A stretch of 64,000 nt of DNA. Origin: the human T2T-CHM13v2.0 reference genome, Homo sapiens. Position 1 is the stretch's first letter. Each line of letters opens with the position of its first letter. The stretch is taken from assembly GCF_009914755.1 (NCBI RefSeq), contig NC_060930.1; one strand, given 5' to 3'. Below, in pieces: positions 37,215 to 50,000 of the stretch. The translations under genes were made by a program, and so were the position numbers. The notes under the pieces were generated by a model. It was not told the DNA's origin. It did no database searches and saw only the letters and a program-made list of their open reading frames with translations.

Positions 37215-40200
37215 TTTCTAGGAGGTTTTTTATTGCAATTTTAATCTACTTATTTATTATTAGTCTATGTAAACTTTCTATTTCTTCTTGATTCAGTCTT
37301 AGTAGATTGTATGTTTTTAGAAATTTATCTATTTTTTCTAGGTTATCCAATTTGTAGGCACATAAGAATTCAAATAATCTCTTATCCTGAAAAAGGAGAT
37401 TGCCTCCTGTTTCATTTCTGATTTTACTTATTAGTGCCCCCCCTTTCTTATTTATTTGAGTCTTCTCTCTTTTTTCCCTTAAATCTAGGTAAGAGTTTGT
37501 CAATTTTGTGTATTTTTCAAAGAAATTTTTTAAATTTTTTTCTATAGTTTTAAAATTCTCGATTAGATATATTATTGCTCTGTATCTTATTACTTTATTC
37601 CTATGCTATTACTTTAGGCTTAATATCTTTTTATAGTTCCTTAAGGTATAAAGTTAGGATGTTAACTTGAGATCTTCTTTTATAATGTTGACATTTATCA
37701 TGATAAACTTCCTCTTAGTACTGTCTTTGCTGCATCCCATAAGTTTTAGTACGTTGTGTTTTCATTTCATCTCAATATATTTTTAAATTTTTCTTTTGCT
37801 TTTCTTTTTGACCCAGTGATTGTTCAAGAGTGTGTTGTTTCCATATATTTGTAAATTTTCTCATTTTCTTAACTATTATTGGTTTCTAGCTCTATTCCAT
37901 TGTGACAGGAAAAGTTACTTCATATGATTTGGATCTTTCTAAATTTGTTAATATTTGTTTTGTGACCTAACATGTGATTCTATACTCGAGAATGTTCTGC
38001 GTGCACTTGAGAAAAATGTATAGTAGTCTGCTGTTAAAGAGAAAGTTCTATACATGCTTGTTAGGTCCATTTGATTTATAGCATTATTCAAGTCTACTGT
38101 TACTTTATTGATTTTCTATTTAGATGTTCTATTCATTATTGTAAGTAGGGTATTAAAGTCTCATGCAATCACTGTATTACTGTCAATGTCATCTTTCAGA
38201 TCTGTCAATATTTATTTTGTATACTTAGATGCTCTGATGTTGGGTGCCTGTATATTTATAATCATTATATCTTAGTCTTGAATTGACCCTTTTATTATTA
38301 TGCAATGATGATCTTTGTCTCTAGAGGCAGTTTTTGACTCAGGGTTTCCTTTATCTGATATAAACATAGCCACTCTTGCTTTCATTTGGTTGCCACTGCA
38401 TACAATATATTTTTTCATCCCTTCACTTTTAGCTTATGCGTCCTTGGCTCTAAAGTGTTTGGATGCAGTTGGATCTCGGTTTACTTATTTATCTATTCAG
38501 TACCTCTGTATCTTTTTATTGGAGAGTTCAGTCCATTTACATTTTATGTAATTATTGATAGAGAAGGATTTACTATTGGCATTTTGTCAACTGCTTTGTG
38601 TTTATCTTGTGATTCCTATGTCCCTTTATTCTCCCTTGCTGTTTATTTTGTGTTTAATTGTTTGTTTTGTTTGTCTGTTTGGATGAGTTTTGATTCCTTT
38701 CTTTTTTTCTTTTGTGTAATTTTGATAGGTGTTTTCTTTGTGGTTACTAAGGGGCTTACATAAAATTTCTTATAACAATCTGTTTTAAACTGACTGTTTT
38801 ACACAACTTTATCCACATACAAGAACTCTGCATGTTTACCTCTCTTCCTCCCACATTATGTGCTTTAGATGTCTAAATTTACATTATTGATCTTATGTAT
38901 CCATTAACATAATCTAAATTATAGTTTTAAAAATAATATTGTCTTTTCCCTTTTATAGTAGAATTAAAAGGCATTTATCCACCACCTTTATATTAATGGA
39001 GTATTTTTTGTCTATATATTTGCCTTTACAGGCAATTTCATACTTTCTTATGCCCTCTTTTTGCTGTTTAGCATCCTTTTGTAGTTCCTGTTTGTTACAT
39101 TTCTTGTAAGACAAGTCTAGCAGTGATAAATTCATTCAATTTGTGTTTGTCTGAGAACGTCTTTTTCTTCCCTTCATTTTTAAAGGATAGTTTTGGCAGG
39201 TATAATATTCTTGGTTTATAGTGTTGTGTTTGTTTTTGCTTCAGCACGTTAAATATATAATCTCACTCCTTTCAGGTCTGCAAGGTTTCTGCTGAAAAAT
39301 CCACTGATAGAAGACTTCCCTTCTATGTAACAAGTCACTTTTTCATTGTTGCTTTCAAAATTCTTCTTTTGTCTCTAATTTTTAAAAATTTGATTATAAT
39401 ATATCTTGATGTAAGTCTGTTTAGATTCATCTTATGTTTTTTGGGCTGCCTAGATCTGAATGTTTTTTTCTCCCTGGTTTGGGAAGTTTTTAGCCATTAT
39501 TTTTTGAGTACTTTCTTTTCCTTTCACTATTTTATTTCCTTTTGGGACTCCCATTATGTGTTTATTTGCCTGCTTGATGGTGTTCCATAAGTCACTTAAG
39601 CTATCTTTACTTTTTTCATTTTTCTTTTTGCTCCTCTGATTAGATTATTTCCAAAGACCTGTCATTGAGTTTGCTGATTCTTTCATTTGCTTGATATAGT
39701 CTGCTGTTGAATTCCTCTATTGAATTATCAGTTCTGTTATTGTATTTTTCAACTCTATGATACCTATATAGTACCTTTTTATATTTTCTGTCTCCTTGTT
39801 AAAATTCTCACTTTGTATATGCATTGCTCTCCTGACCTTGGTAAGTATCTCTGTGATTATTGTTGTGAATTTTCTGTTAAGCAACACATGTTGATCGATT
39901 ATGTTCAGTTCAGCAGAAACAGTCTCTGGAGATTTATTTTGGTGTTCTGTTTGAAACATGTTTCTCTTTTCTTTTTATTTCTGCATTTTCCTTGACTCTC
40001 TGTGTTGGTTTCTGCACATTAAACAACCACATCTCTGTATCTTGACATAATAGCCTTATGTAAGAGATAAGCTTACCCAATCAGCCCAGCCAGAGGTTAC
40101 AAGTGCCTCTCAAATCTTTGTGTTTGTCCAAACTGCAATCTGTGTTCTTACTGGGCCCCCAGATGATTAGGTTCTACCAAGTCCCATCAGTGCCCCAAGG

Positions 40201-41575
40201 CCGCTGAGATAGAAGCCAGTCCCTCAGGAAGCAGCTGCAGAAGTTGAGGTGTTAAAAGTATCACCTGGTTTCCTTTCTCCTCAGGGCAAAGTGGGAAACT
40301 GGTGTTTATCTCCCAATCACTCCGCACTAAGTCAGGTAGAGGATCTGTGGCAAACACTTATATTCATGTTCAGACCATACACTTTCAGCCCATTGCTTTG
40401 GTCTTTGTTGCCAGGCATCTAGTGAATGTCAGGTTCTTAACTCTCAAAGACAAGAAGGTTAGCTTGAGGTTTGATTCTGCCTCTAGGGTAAGCCAGGGAG
40501 AGAAGCAACAAGAAGTGCCTACATGCCCATTCAGGCTTCCAGAGTACTAATAATTGCTTGCCCTTTCAGTTCCCAAATGTAGGCTAATTAAAAGCCTGAC
40601 TCATGGTCAGAAGCTAGGAAAGTTAAGGCATTAGTGGGCAGTCAAACCTCTTCTAGTGAGAAACTGAGAGCTCGATGTTTTTGCCTGCTTCCTCTGCACT
40701 GAACTAGGGGAAATAGCCACTGATAGCGTTCCTGTGCCCATTTAAAACCACTTTTGTTCTTTATGTTCCTGAAGACTCACAAATGCTGAGCCCTGTTAAC
40801 TCCTAAGTGATTTAAGAGCCAGTCTCTTGTATGTGAGCTATAAAAGTTGGAGTGTTTGTTGTGTGGATAAACTGTCCAAAACGTGGCTGGAAGTTAAACT
40901 TACTTTTATCATTGGAGCAAGCCATGGGGTAGGAGACACAGGAAACACCCAAACACCTGTTCAGGCTCTTGGATCTCTCACTAATTCTCTACTCCATCGA
41001 CTCCCAAATGCAAGCTACTTAAAAGTCCAATCCTTAAATAGCAACTGAAAATGTGTGCAGTCAAACCTCTTCCAAGGAGGAACTGGGGGCTGAAACTTAT
41101 TGCCTGTTCATCTGTGCTGAGCCCTGGGAGAATGCAGACTGACTATTTGTTCTTTTTAGTCCTGGTGGACTGACAAATGCCAAGTCCCATTTACTCTCGG
41201 AGCTAGGTGGGAGCTTCAGAGTCCCTCCAGTGGGAGCTGTAAAAGTTGGGGTGATATATGTGTGTCTCAAGCCCTTCATTCCTCAGGGAGGAGCTGGAAA
41301 TGAAGGGTTCCCTACAGATCGTAACGCACTGTGACTGCGGTGGTATTTGTGGCTGAAGTGTGTCTCAAGGGGGGTTGGTTTGTTTTCTGTTTTGTTTTGT
41401 TTTTTTCACCTGTTTCAATGTGGATTATTTTTCATTTGTAGTATGGAGTCTCTCAACTAGCACCTCAATTTCTCTCAGAGGGAATAATTCCATGTGTAGC
41501 CATTTAATTGTTGCATCTGTGGGAGGAGAAAAGTCAGGCTCCTCTTATTCTGCTACCTTGCTAACATTAAAAACT

Positions 41576-42570
41576 ATTATTTCTTAATTGATTTGCTTTT
41601 GTATGTTTTCAAGAACAAATGGCTATATTCTGTAGATTTATTTCTGGACTCTCTAATTTATTCCATTGATTTATGTAGCATTACTTTTCACAATGCACAC
41701 TGTCCTGACTATTGCAGCTTTATAGTACAGTAGGGTGATTTCTTCAACTTTATTCTTTTTAAAAATTGTTCTAACTATTCTGTTTATTTTGCTCTTCCAT
41801 AAACATTTAAAAATCATCTTGCCTATACCAATGCAAAATCCTTCTGAGAATTTTGACTGATATTGTGATAAATCTATAGATTAATTTGTGGAGAATTGGC
41901 ACTTTATTATAATGAGTGTTTCAAACCAAGAACATCCTATCTACCTCCATTGATTTATGTCTTTTTTATTACTTTTGTCAGCATTATGTAGTTTTTAGCA
42001 TAAAGCTTTTGTACATGCAATGTTAAAATTATACCTAAATATTTATTTTTATGGAATCTATTATATATAACATTGTTTTTGTTCAATTTTGCTTTCAGAC
42101 TGTGCATTGCTGGTATATAGAAATATAGTTTTTTTGTGTGCTAACCTTGTATCCAACAACCTCTAGGAATTTTATAAAGCTACCCTGGGTTTTATTACAC
42201 AGGAAATCATGTTCCTGTGCATAGGAACAATTTGTTTATTCCTTTTTTTTCCAAGTTGTATGTCATTCATTTTTTTTTTCTTGCCTTATACAATGGCTCA
42301 GATCCCAATACTATTTTGAGTAGAAGTTTTAAGAGTGGAGATGTTTGCCTTGTTCCTGCTATTCGCAGGTAAATCACTTAGTCTTTCACCAATAAATATG
42401 TTTCCTATAGGTTTTTTGTAGATATCCTTTATCAAGTTGAGAAAGTTTCCTTTTATTTCTAGTTTAATACAAGCTTTATATAATAGATGAATGTTGTATG
42501 TTACAAAACGCTTTTTCTGCATCAGTTAATATAATCATATATATTATACTGTTAATATGGTGAATATGTT
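41576..42570 (-). mobile_element. Continuation of the old L1 ORF2 (host of the nest)
   Basis: Peptide KLEIKGNFLNLIKDIYKKP; resumes near where 33740 stopped. Confidence 0.8.
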
Positions 42571-43193
42571 GATCTGCTATACACTAACAGTGACCAAGCT
42601 GAGACACAAATCAAGAACTTGACCCCTTCATAACAGCTGCAAAATAATAAAATACTTAGAAATATACCTAACCAAGGAGGTGAAAGACCTCTACATGGAA
42701 AACTACAAAAGACAGCTGAAAGAAATCATAGAAAACACAAACAAATGGAAACACATACCATGTTCATGATTGGGTAGAATCAATGTTATGAAAATGACCA
42801 TACTGCCAAAATTCGCATGAAAATACCACCATCATCCTTCACAGAACTAGAAAAAAAAATCCTAAAATTAACATGGAACCAAAAAAGAGCCTGCATAGCC
42901 AAAGCAAGACTAAACAAAAAGAACAAATCCAGAGATATCACATTACCCGACTTCAAACTAAACTATAAGGCCACAGTCACCAAAAATAGCATGGTACTGG
43001 TATAAAAATAGGCACATAAACCAATGAAACAGAATGGAGAACCCAGAAATAAAGCCAAATACATATAGCCAACTGATCTATGACAAAACAAACAAAAACG
43101 TAAAGTAGGGAAAGGACACCCTATTCAAAAAATTGTACTGGGATAGTTGGCAAGCTGCATTTAGAAGAATGCAACTGGATCCTCACCTCTCAC

Positions 43194-43553
43194 TGTATTA
43201 GTCCATTTTCACACTGCTGATAAAGACATACCTGAGACTGGGGAGAAAAAGAGGTTTAATGGACTTACAGTTCCACATGGCTGGGGAGGCCTCACAATCA
43301 TGGCAGAGGGCAAGGAGAAGCTAGTCACATCTTACATGGATGGCAGCAGGCAAAGAGAGAGAGGTTGTGCAAGTAAACTCCCATTTTCAAAACCATCAGA
43401 TCTCATGAGACGTATTCACTATCACAAGAACAGCATGGGAAAGACTCCATCCCATGACTCAATTATCTCCCACCAAGTCCCTCCCACAACACATGGGAAT
43501 TATGGGAGCTACAAGATGAGATTTGGATGGGGGCACAGAGCCAAACCATATCA
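43194..43553 (-). mobile_element. THE1 (A/B-like) solo LTR
   Basis: tgtattagtc...ccaaaccatatca, 360 bp; 5-bp TSD ctcac at 43189-43193 and 43554-43558. Confidence 0.96.
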
Positions 43554-43558
43554 CTCAC

Positions 43559-44798
43559 TGAGAGGTGACAACGTGCTAGCAGCCCTCGCTGGCCTTCGGA
43601 GCCTCCTTGGCCTGGGCGTCTGCTCTGGCTGGGCTCAAGGAGCCCTTCAGCCGGCCACTGCGCTGTGGGGGCCCCTCTCTGGGGCTGGCAGAAGCTGGGG
43701 CCGGCTCCCTCTGCTTGCGGGGAGGTGTGGAGGGGGCGGCGCTGGTGGGAACCGGGGCTGCACACGGACCTCGTGGGCTGACACAGGTTCCTGGTGGGCG
43801 CCACACTCAGCGCTGCCTTCCGGCTCCTGCTGGGCTTGATCAGGTGACGAGTTCCCTCTTGGCTGCCAGAGTGCCCAGGCTAGGTGCCGCAAAGTCTCAC
43901 TGCCTGTGCCACTGAGAGGTGAAGCCGGCTGGGCTTCTGGGTCGGGTGGGGATCTGGAGAACTTTTCTGTCTAGCTAAAGGTTTGTAAACGCACTAATCA
44001 GTACTCTGTGTCTAGCCAAAGGTTTATAAATGCACCAGTCAGCACTCTGTGTCTAGCTAAAGGTTTGTAAAGGCATCAATCAGTGCTCTGTAAAACGGAC
44101 CAATCAGCTCTCTGTAAAATGGACCAATCAGCGCTCTGTGTCTAGCTAAAGGTTTGTAAACACACCAATCAGTGCTCTGTCAAAACAGAACAATCAGCTC
44201 TCTGTAAAACAGGCCAATCAGCTCTCTGTAAAATGGACCAATCAGGATGTGGGTGGGGCCAGATAAGGAAATAAAATCAGGCCACCTGAGTCACTCAGGT
44301 CCCTTTCTGAAACACTTTTTCTTTCACTCTTCACGATAAATCTTGCTGCGGCTCGCTCTTTGGGTATGCACCACCTTTATGATCTGTAACACTCAGCACG
44401 AAGGTCTGCAGCTTCACTCCTGAAGTCAGCGAGACCACGAACCCACCAGGAGGGACAAACAACTCCGGATGCGCCACCTTTATGAACTGTAACACTCACC
44501 GCAAAGGTCTGCAGCTTCACTCCTGAGGCCAGCGAGACCATGAACCCCCTGGAAGGAATGAACAACTCCAGACGCGCTGCCTTAAAGAGCTTAACACTCA
44601 CCGCAAAGGTCTGCAGCTTCCCTCCTGAAGTCAGCGAGACCATGAACCCACCAGAAGGAATAAACTCCGGACACATCTGAACATCTGATGGAACAAACTC
44701 CAGACACACCATCTTTAAGAACTGTAACACTCAACGTGAGGGTCTGTGGCTTCATTCTTGAAGTCAGTGAGACCAAGAATCCACCAATTCCAGACACA
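43559..44798 (+). mobile_element. LTR12 (ERV9 solo LTR, B/D-like)
   Basis: tgagaggtgacaacgtgc...ccaccaattccagacaca; 4-bp TSD tcac at 43555-43558 and 44799-44802. Confidence 0.96.
43965..44290 (+). promoter_or_regulatory. LTR12 U3 enhancer/promoter: tandem repeats with CCAAT boxes, GT-box, GATA, AATAAA-type TATA
   Basis: tctagctaaaggtttgtaaa and ccaatcag repeats; gtgggtgggg-cc-agataa-ggaaataaaa. Confidence 0.75.
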
Positions 44799-45984
44799 TC
44801 ACCTTATACAAAAATTACTCAAGATGGATCAAAGACTTAAATCTGAGACGTGAAACTATAAAAATTCTAGACGATAACATTGGAAAACCCCTTCTAGACA
44901 TTGGCTTAGGCAAAGACTTCATGACCAAGAACCCAAAAGCAAATACAACAAAAACAAAGATAAATAGATGAGACTTAGTTAAATTAAAAAGCTTCTGCAC
45001 AGCAAAAGAAATCATCATCAGAATTAACAGACAACCCACAGAGTGGGAGAAAATCTTGACAATCTATACATCCAATAAAGAACTAATATCCAGAATTTAC
45101 AAAGAGCTCAAACAAATCAGCAAGAAAAAAAACAAGTAATCCCGTCAAAAAGTGGGCTAAGGGCATGAATACAGAATTCTCAAACAAAGATATACAAATG
45201 GCCAACAAACATATGAAAAAATGCAAAACAAAACCACAATGCAATACCACCTCACTCCTGCAAGAACGGCCATAATCAAAAATCAAAAAATAATTGATGT
45301 TGACGTGGATGTGGTGAAAAGGAACATTTCACACTGCTGGTGGGAATGTGAACTGGTACAACCACTATGGATAACAGTGTGGGGATTCCTTAAAGGACTA
45401 AAAGTAGAACTATCATTTGATCCAGCAATCCCACAACTGGATATCTACCCAAAGGAAAAAGTTATTATATGAAAAGGATACTTGCACACACATGTTTATA
45501 GCAGCACAATTTGCAGTTGCAAAAATATAGAACCAGCCCAAATACCCATCAATCAACAAGTAAATGAAGAAATTGTGGTATATATACACCATGGAATACC
45601 ACTCAGCCACAAAAAGAAATGAAATAATGGCATTCGCAGCAACCTGAATGAAATTGTAAACCATTATTCTAAGTGAAGTAACTCAGGAATGGAAAACCAA
45701 ACATACGTTCTCGCTTATAGGTGGAGCTAAGGAATGAGGATGCAAAGGCGTAAGAACGATTCAATGAACTTTGGGGACTCTGGGGAAAGGATGCAAAAGT
45801 AAGTGAGGAATAAAAGAACATACACTGGGTACAGTGTACATTGCTTGGGGTATGGGTGCACAAAAATCTCAAAAATTACTCCTAAAGAATTTATTCATGG
45901 AACCAAACACCACCTGTTCCCCCAAAACCTATTGAAATAAATAAATGTAAATAAATAAATAAATACATAATGAAGGGAAAAAAG

Positions 45985-46077
45985 AGGTTATGCCAACTTA
46001 TTCGAGGTTGCAGAGTAGGTAAGTGGTGAAGATTCAAACCGCAAAAGCTGACTCTAGAGCCCCCCCACCTAACCACA
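45985..46077 (-). mobile_element. MIR fragment
   Basis: gattcaaacc...ctgactctagagcc...taaccac. Confidence 0.55.
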
Positions 46078-46899
46078 AAAGCTGACTTGACCCAACTACA
46101 TAAAGCTAAGCATATGTGTAAAGGGCAAATTTACAGAAATGAGGAGGGAGATAATTAGCTTTATGTCCAAAAGCCATATAAAATTTGGAAGCAGTCTAGT
46201 GATTTTTGAAAGCCACCAATAGGCTATGTGAGTGGGTAGGTAAAAAGGCTTGATAAGGAATTTTTACATTGTCTCTTTGCTTCTTTGTGGAATTTGATAA
46301 TTTAATCTATTTAGATTTTATTCCTTCTCTCTAAAACAAGGACATTAAATGGAAAGAAATTCTTAAGTTCCCTGCAATTGCATAAGTCCACTAGTCTTAT
46401 GTGTGACTCTATGAAGGCAAATCAAGACAATGATAATCTCAAAACTTCCAATGAAAGGCAAACAGTATACTTAGATAAAATAGAAAACATATGCAGCTAC
46501 ATAAATGGACAGTATGTATGTATTATGTTGTAGAGCGAGGAGGTTGGTAGTTTCAAGCAAGAGTAAAATATTTTTTAGTTGAGATATGATCTTGTCCCAA
46601 ATGGATATCATTTTGGTAATACATTTGGGTAATAAAATTCATGAAATTTTCCTCCAGAATAAATTTTGGATCATGTGGGAGTTGAGCACACAAATCAAAA
46701 AGATGAGAATGAGAGTTTAAGAGGCCCCAGGTTCTACAGCTTCAAGCAGGCTACAGGAACACCCCTGGCGTGACTTTCTACAGTGGAACAAAATGGATCA
46801 TCATTACACCATCCACTTCAGAGGAGCTAGTCTTGAAAACGATTTGAGTTATCTTTGTATCTGGAGGTTCATGATCTTAAAGCCAAGAGATCTAAGTTT

Positions 46900-47030
46900 A
46901 TTCAAAACTCAGAGCTAGCTCTAATATGTCTTATGATGTCAGGCAAATCACTTTGCATTTCTGAGCTTCAATAGTCTCAAAAGCAAAAAAGGAATAACAA
47001 TGCTGACAGTAATTATGACTATAAAATACC
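46900..47030 (+). mobile_element. MIR fragment
   Basis: ggcaaatcactttgcatttctgagcttca. Confidence 0.55.
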
Positions 47031-50000
47031 TCACATTGTATAGTATAAGACTGATCATAGGCACTTTATCTGTTAAGTGGGTTTGATTTCATAGTGGATC
47101 AGCTTAGGTATTGTGATTTACAAAGCTTTAAAAATCATTTTATGATGACTTCTCTTTATAGAATATAAAATGATGCTATACTTTTAAATAATGTACTTTC
47201 TTAAGACTATTTATATAACACTCTAACAAGAAAGTGTAAACATTCTGATGCCCCACTGGAAAGGCAACAAAGTGAATATTAAGTGACATACTTATCTTAA
47301 TTTTGTTTTTAAGAGGTATGACCTTTAGTTAACTCTATTAGCTTGCTTATCTGAAACACGGAAAACTATTTTTTACTATATTTTCCTCACTACAAGCTAT
47401 GATTGTTATTATTTTTACAATTTCTAATGCAATGCCTTTTTAAGAAAACTATATACATGTCAGTTTTCCTTTAACTTGTATGTTATTTCCAGAAACAAGT
47501 TTCTCAGTGTTTATATAAGCATTTTGAAGGAGTAACAAGGAAAAAAACTTCATGGGGCAATCTAATTATCACCAACAGCTGTAACCTGTTGCATTCAATG
47601 CTGAAACTACAAGTATGCTGCTTTAACCAAATGTTCAAGCATTTTAAAAGCTTCTTTTATCTTCTGACTTAAAAGGAGATTTGAGTAAAATGCCTACATA
47701 AGATACAAATGTTTTTCTACCACATAGAAAAAATATTAACCTATCTTCAGTTAGCCTTAACACTTAAGAACTATGAGACCTCTTACTTCTTAAAAAACGA
47801 ATTTCCTTTCCTAGATATAGAGATGTCAAGAATTTAATACAATGTGGTTTTGTTTTCTCTGCTCCATTATATATTGCTTTAAAGAGGTATCATTGCAGTT
47901 TGTCTTATTGATCGGAATAAATTGGTATGGTATTTCATGAGAAAATGATCGCATTTTAACCAAACATAATTATTTTAAAAATTCAGATTTGGGCTGATTA
48001 TTTGTTTTATTTGAAAATCATAATTTAAAATACCAAGTTGTCCCAATTTACTTAGATGGTTTGGTTTTATATAAAACTTGCATTACGTTTCTTATAACAA
48101 TTATTTTCTGAAGTAATTTCTCTAACGAAGGGGAAATTAAGTTGTTTCATCTCCAGTTGAAATAGGTTGTGTCTTTCCCTCTTTAGTATGTCCTCTTAAA
48201 CTTACTTTATAGTATATGAGAGGCAAATAATCAAAGCTTCTTACAAAAAAATCTTGTACATTGTCAATGATGCTCCACTCTCTTTAATAAAGGAGTTTTC
48301 TTCATTCATACAATGGGAAAGGGGTGAAGTGGAGAGAGGTTAGGAAATTAGCTATAAAGAAAGAAAGGTATAAGAGACAGAAATAATTAGAACTTCCACA
48401 GATTATTCTGTAATAGATAAGGCAAACAACATGTGAAAACCATAAGAAAGCTTTGTTTTAACTAAATTAATGGTAATTTCTTTTTCTAGTCGTCATTGGG
48501 TGGGGGTACCTTAATTATTTGTGTTATGAAATTTGATAATTTATATTGTTCCTTTCTGGTTCTCTGCAACTTTGCCAAGGGTGTGGAATGATGGTGTTTT
48601 GTATAGTGACTTTTTCTTTTCCCTCCTTCCTTACTTAAAATAAAGTTTATTGCCTTTCCTAAACAAAATAAAGCAGAAAAACATATACTATTGAATTTAC
48701 TTTTTAAAAAAGAAACCCCAAATGTGTGTGTTCAAACATTTCTCCCCTCACATAGAGACTTGGGAAGAATTTAGTGCTAAATAAATGCTGCCTCAAACCA
48801 GGCAAGATAAAACATAAATCATTGCATTAAAACCTCTAACAAGTCTATCTGCTTTTTGAAATGACTGGGAGATGAAAGCGAGGAGTCTCATTTAAGAAGG
48901 CCCAGCGGATCAGTTCTGCATTTATATAGCTGTTATCAAAAGCAATTCATTTGGAGATCAAATAGACTGACAGATAGGACAAGCAGGGGATCACCACTGC
49001 CTTCAGGCAGCCCAAAGCTAGGATGGCTTCCCAGCACCTCACTAATATTGGGTCTAGTCAATGCTCGTGTTTATTACCATTTCCATCCTCTATCGCCTGG
49101 CTGCACACTAACACATACTGCTGTCCCTTCCTAGCCAGACAACTGTCGGGAAAGCAGTAATAAGAATAGTGTTTACCCAACTCGATTGGATGGAAAAATT
49201 CCTTCATTGTACTTCAATGAGCAGACCACATTCATCCAAAATTTGGACAAGCAGGACAATGATGTAGGGCAGTAAAAGCAGGAAATAAGAGAAACTTGCC
49301 AAGGGGCACGGGTTTCATGACCTCATCAAGATAGGCAGGTTCCCCAAGTCTTCTCCAGGTTGCAGATTGAGCTGAATGCCCTGCAGCTGATTTGCCTACA
49401 GTAGGTGGAGGGAAAGCACACCAGTTTGAAGTGAATTTGCACAGGTGAGCATTTCCAGGGTTAGCATTGAGGATGTTTATTTATCAGTGAAAAGTGTGGA
49501 GTTTCTAGTTCTCATTGGAACATAACATACTGAATTTTATTTTCTCATTAAAAGACAGCATGTTAAATTGTCGAAATTCTGAGTAATATAAAAACAAAGA
49601 AGAAAATAAAAAATAAAAATCAAGTATTTCAGAGAGAACTCCTGCTAATTAGTACACATATTAATATAAATATGAACATAAATACCCACACAAATTTAGA
49701 TGAGATCACACTGTATGGATTCTATATGTTTCACTTAACATTAAAAAGTAAGTTTTTATGAAATTATTACTTGAAAGCAGAATTTTTAGTGAATCAAAAT
49801 CTTTTAGTTATATGGATGTAGCAATCTTAATTACTTCTCTTTCGTCAATAACACTTTTGTTGTTGCTGTTGCTTTGTCATGTGAGTGTCTAAACTTGTTT
49901 GACACTTAAAATACACACCATTTGGCTAGAATATTCTGGAAAAATAAACATAAACTGGCTAACGCCAGCAAAACGTGAAACCCGGTATTATTTTCCTTCC

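Larger units (their letters stand above)
42574..45968 (+). mobile_element. L1PB1-like 3' about 1.8 kb, interrupted by THE1 and LTR12
   Basis: gaccaagctgagacacaaatcaagaact; 3'UTR ...cccaaaacctattgaaat then (AAAT)n; L1 reads ggatcctcacctctcac|cttatacaaaa across the LTRs. Confidence 0.92.

Noticed and set aside
43300-43839. Longest ORF (179 aa) crossing the THE1-LTR12 junction, plus overlapping ORFs
   Set aside because: Antisense THE1 read into GC-rich, stop-poor LTR12; several frames on both strands are open, and it lies upstream of the LTR12 promoter
43965-44798. Regularly spaced repeats superficially like a CRISPR array
   Set aside because: Known ERV9 LTR U3/U5 repeats; spacers are not unique; eukaryotic context, no cas genes
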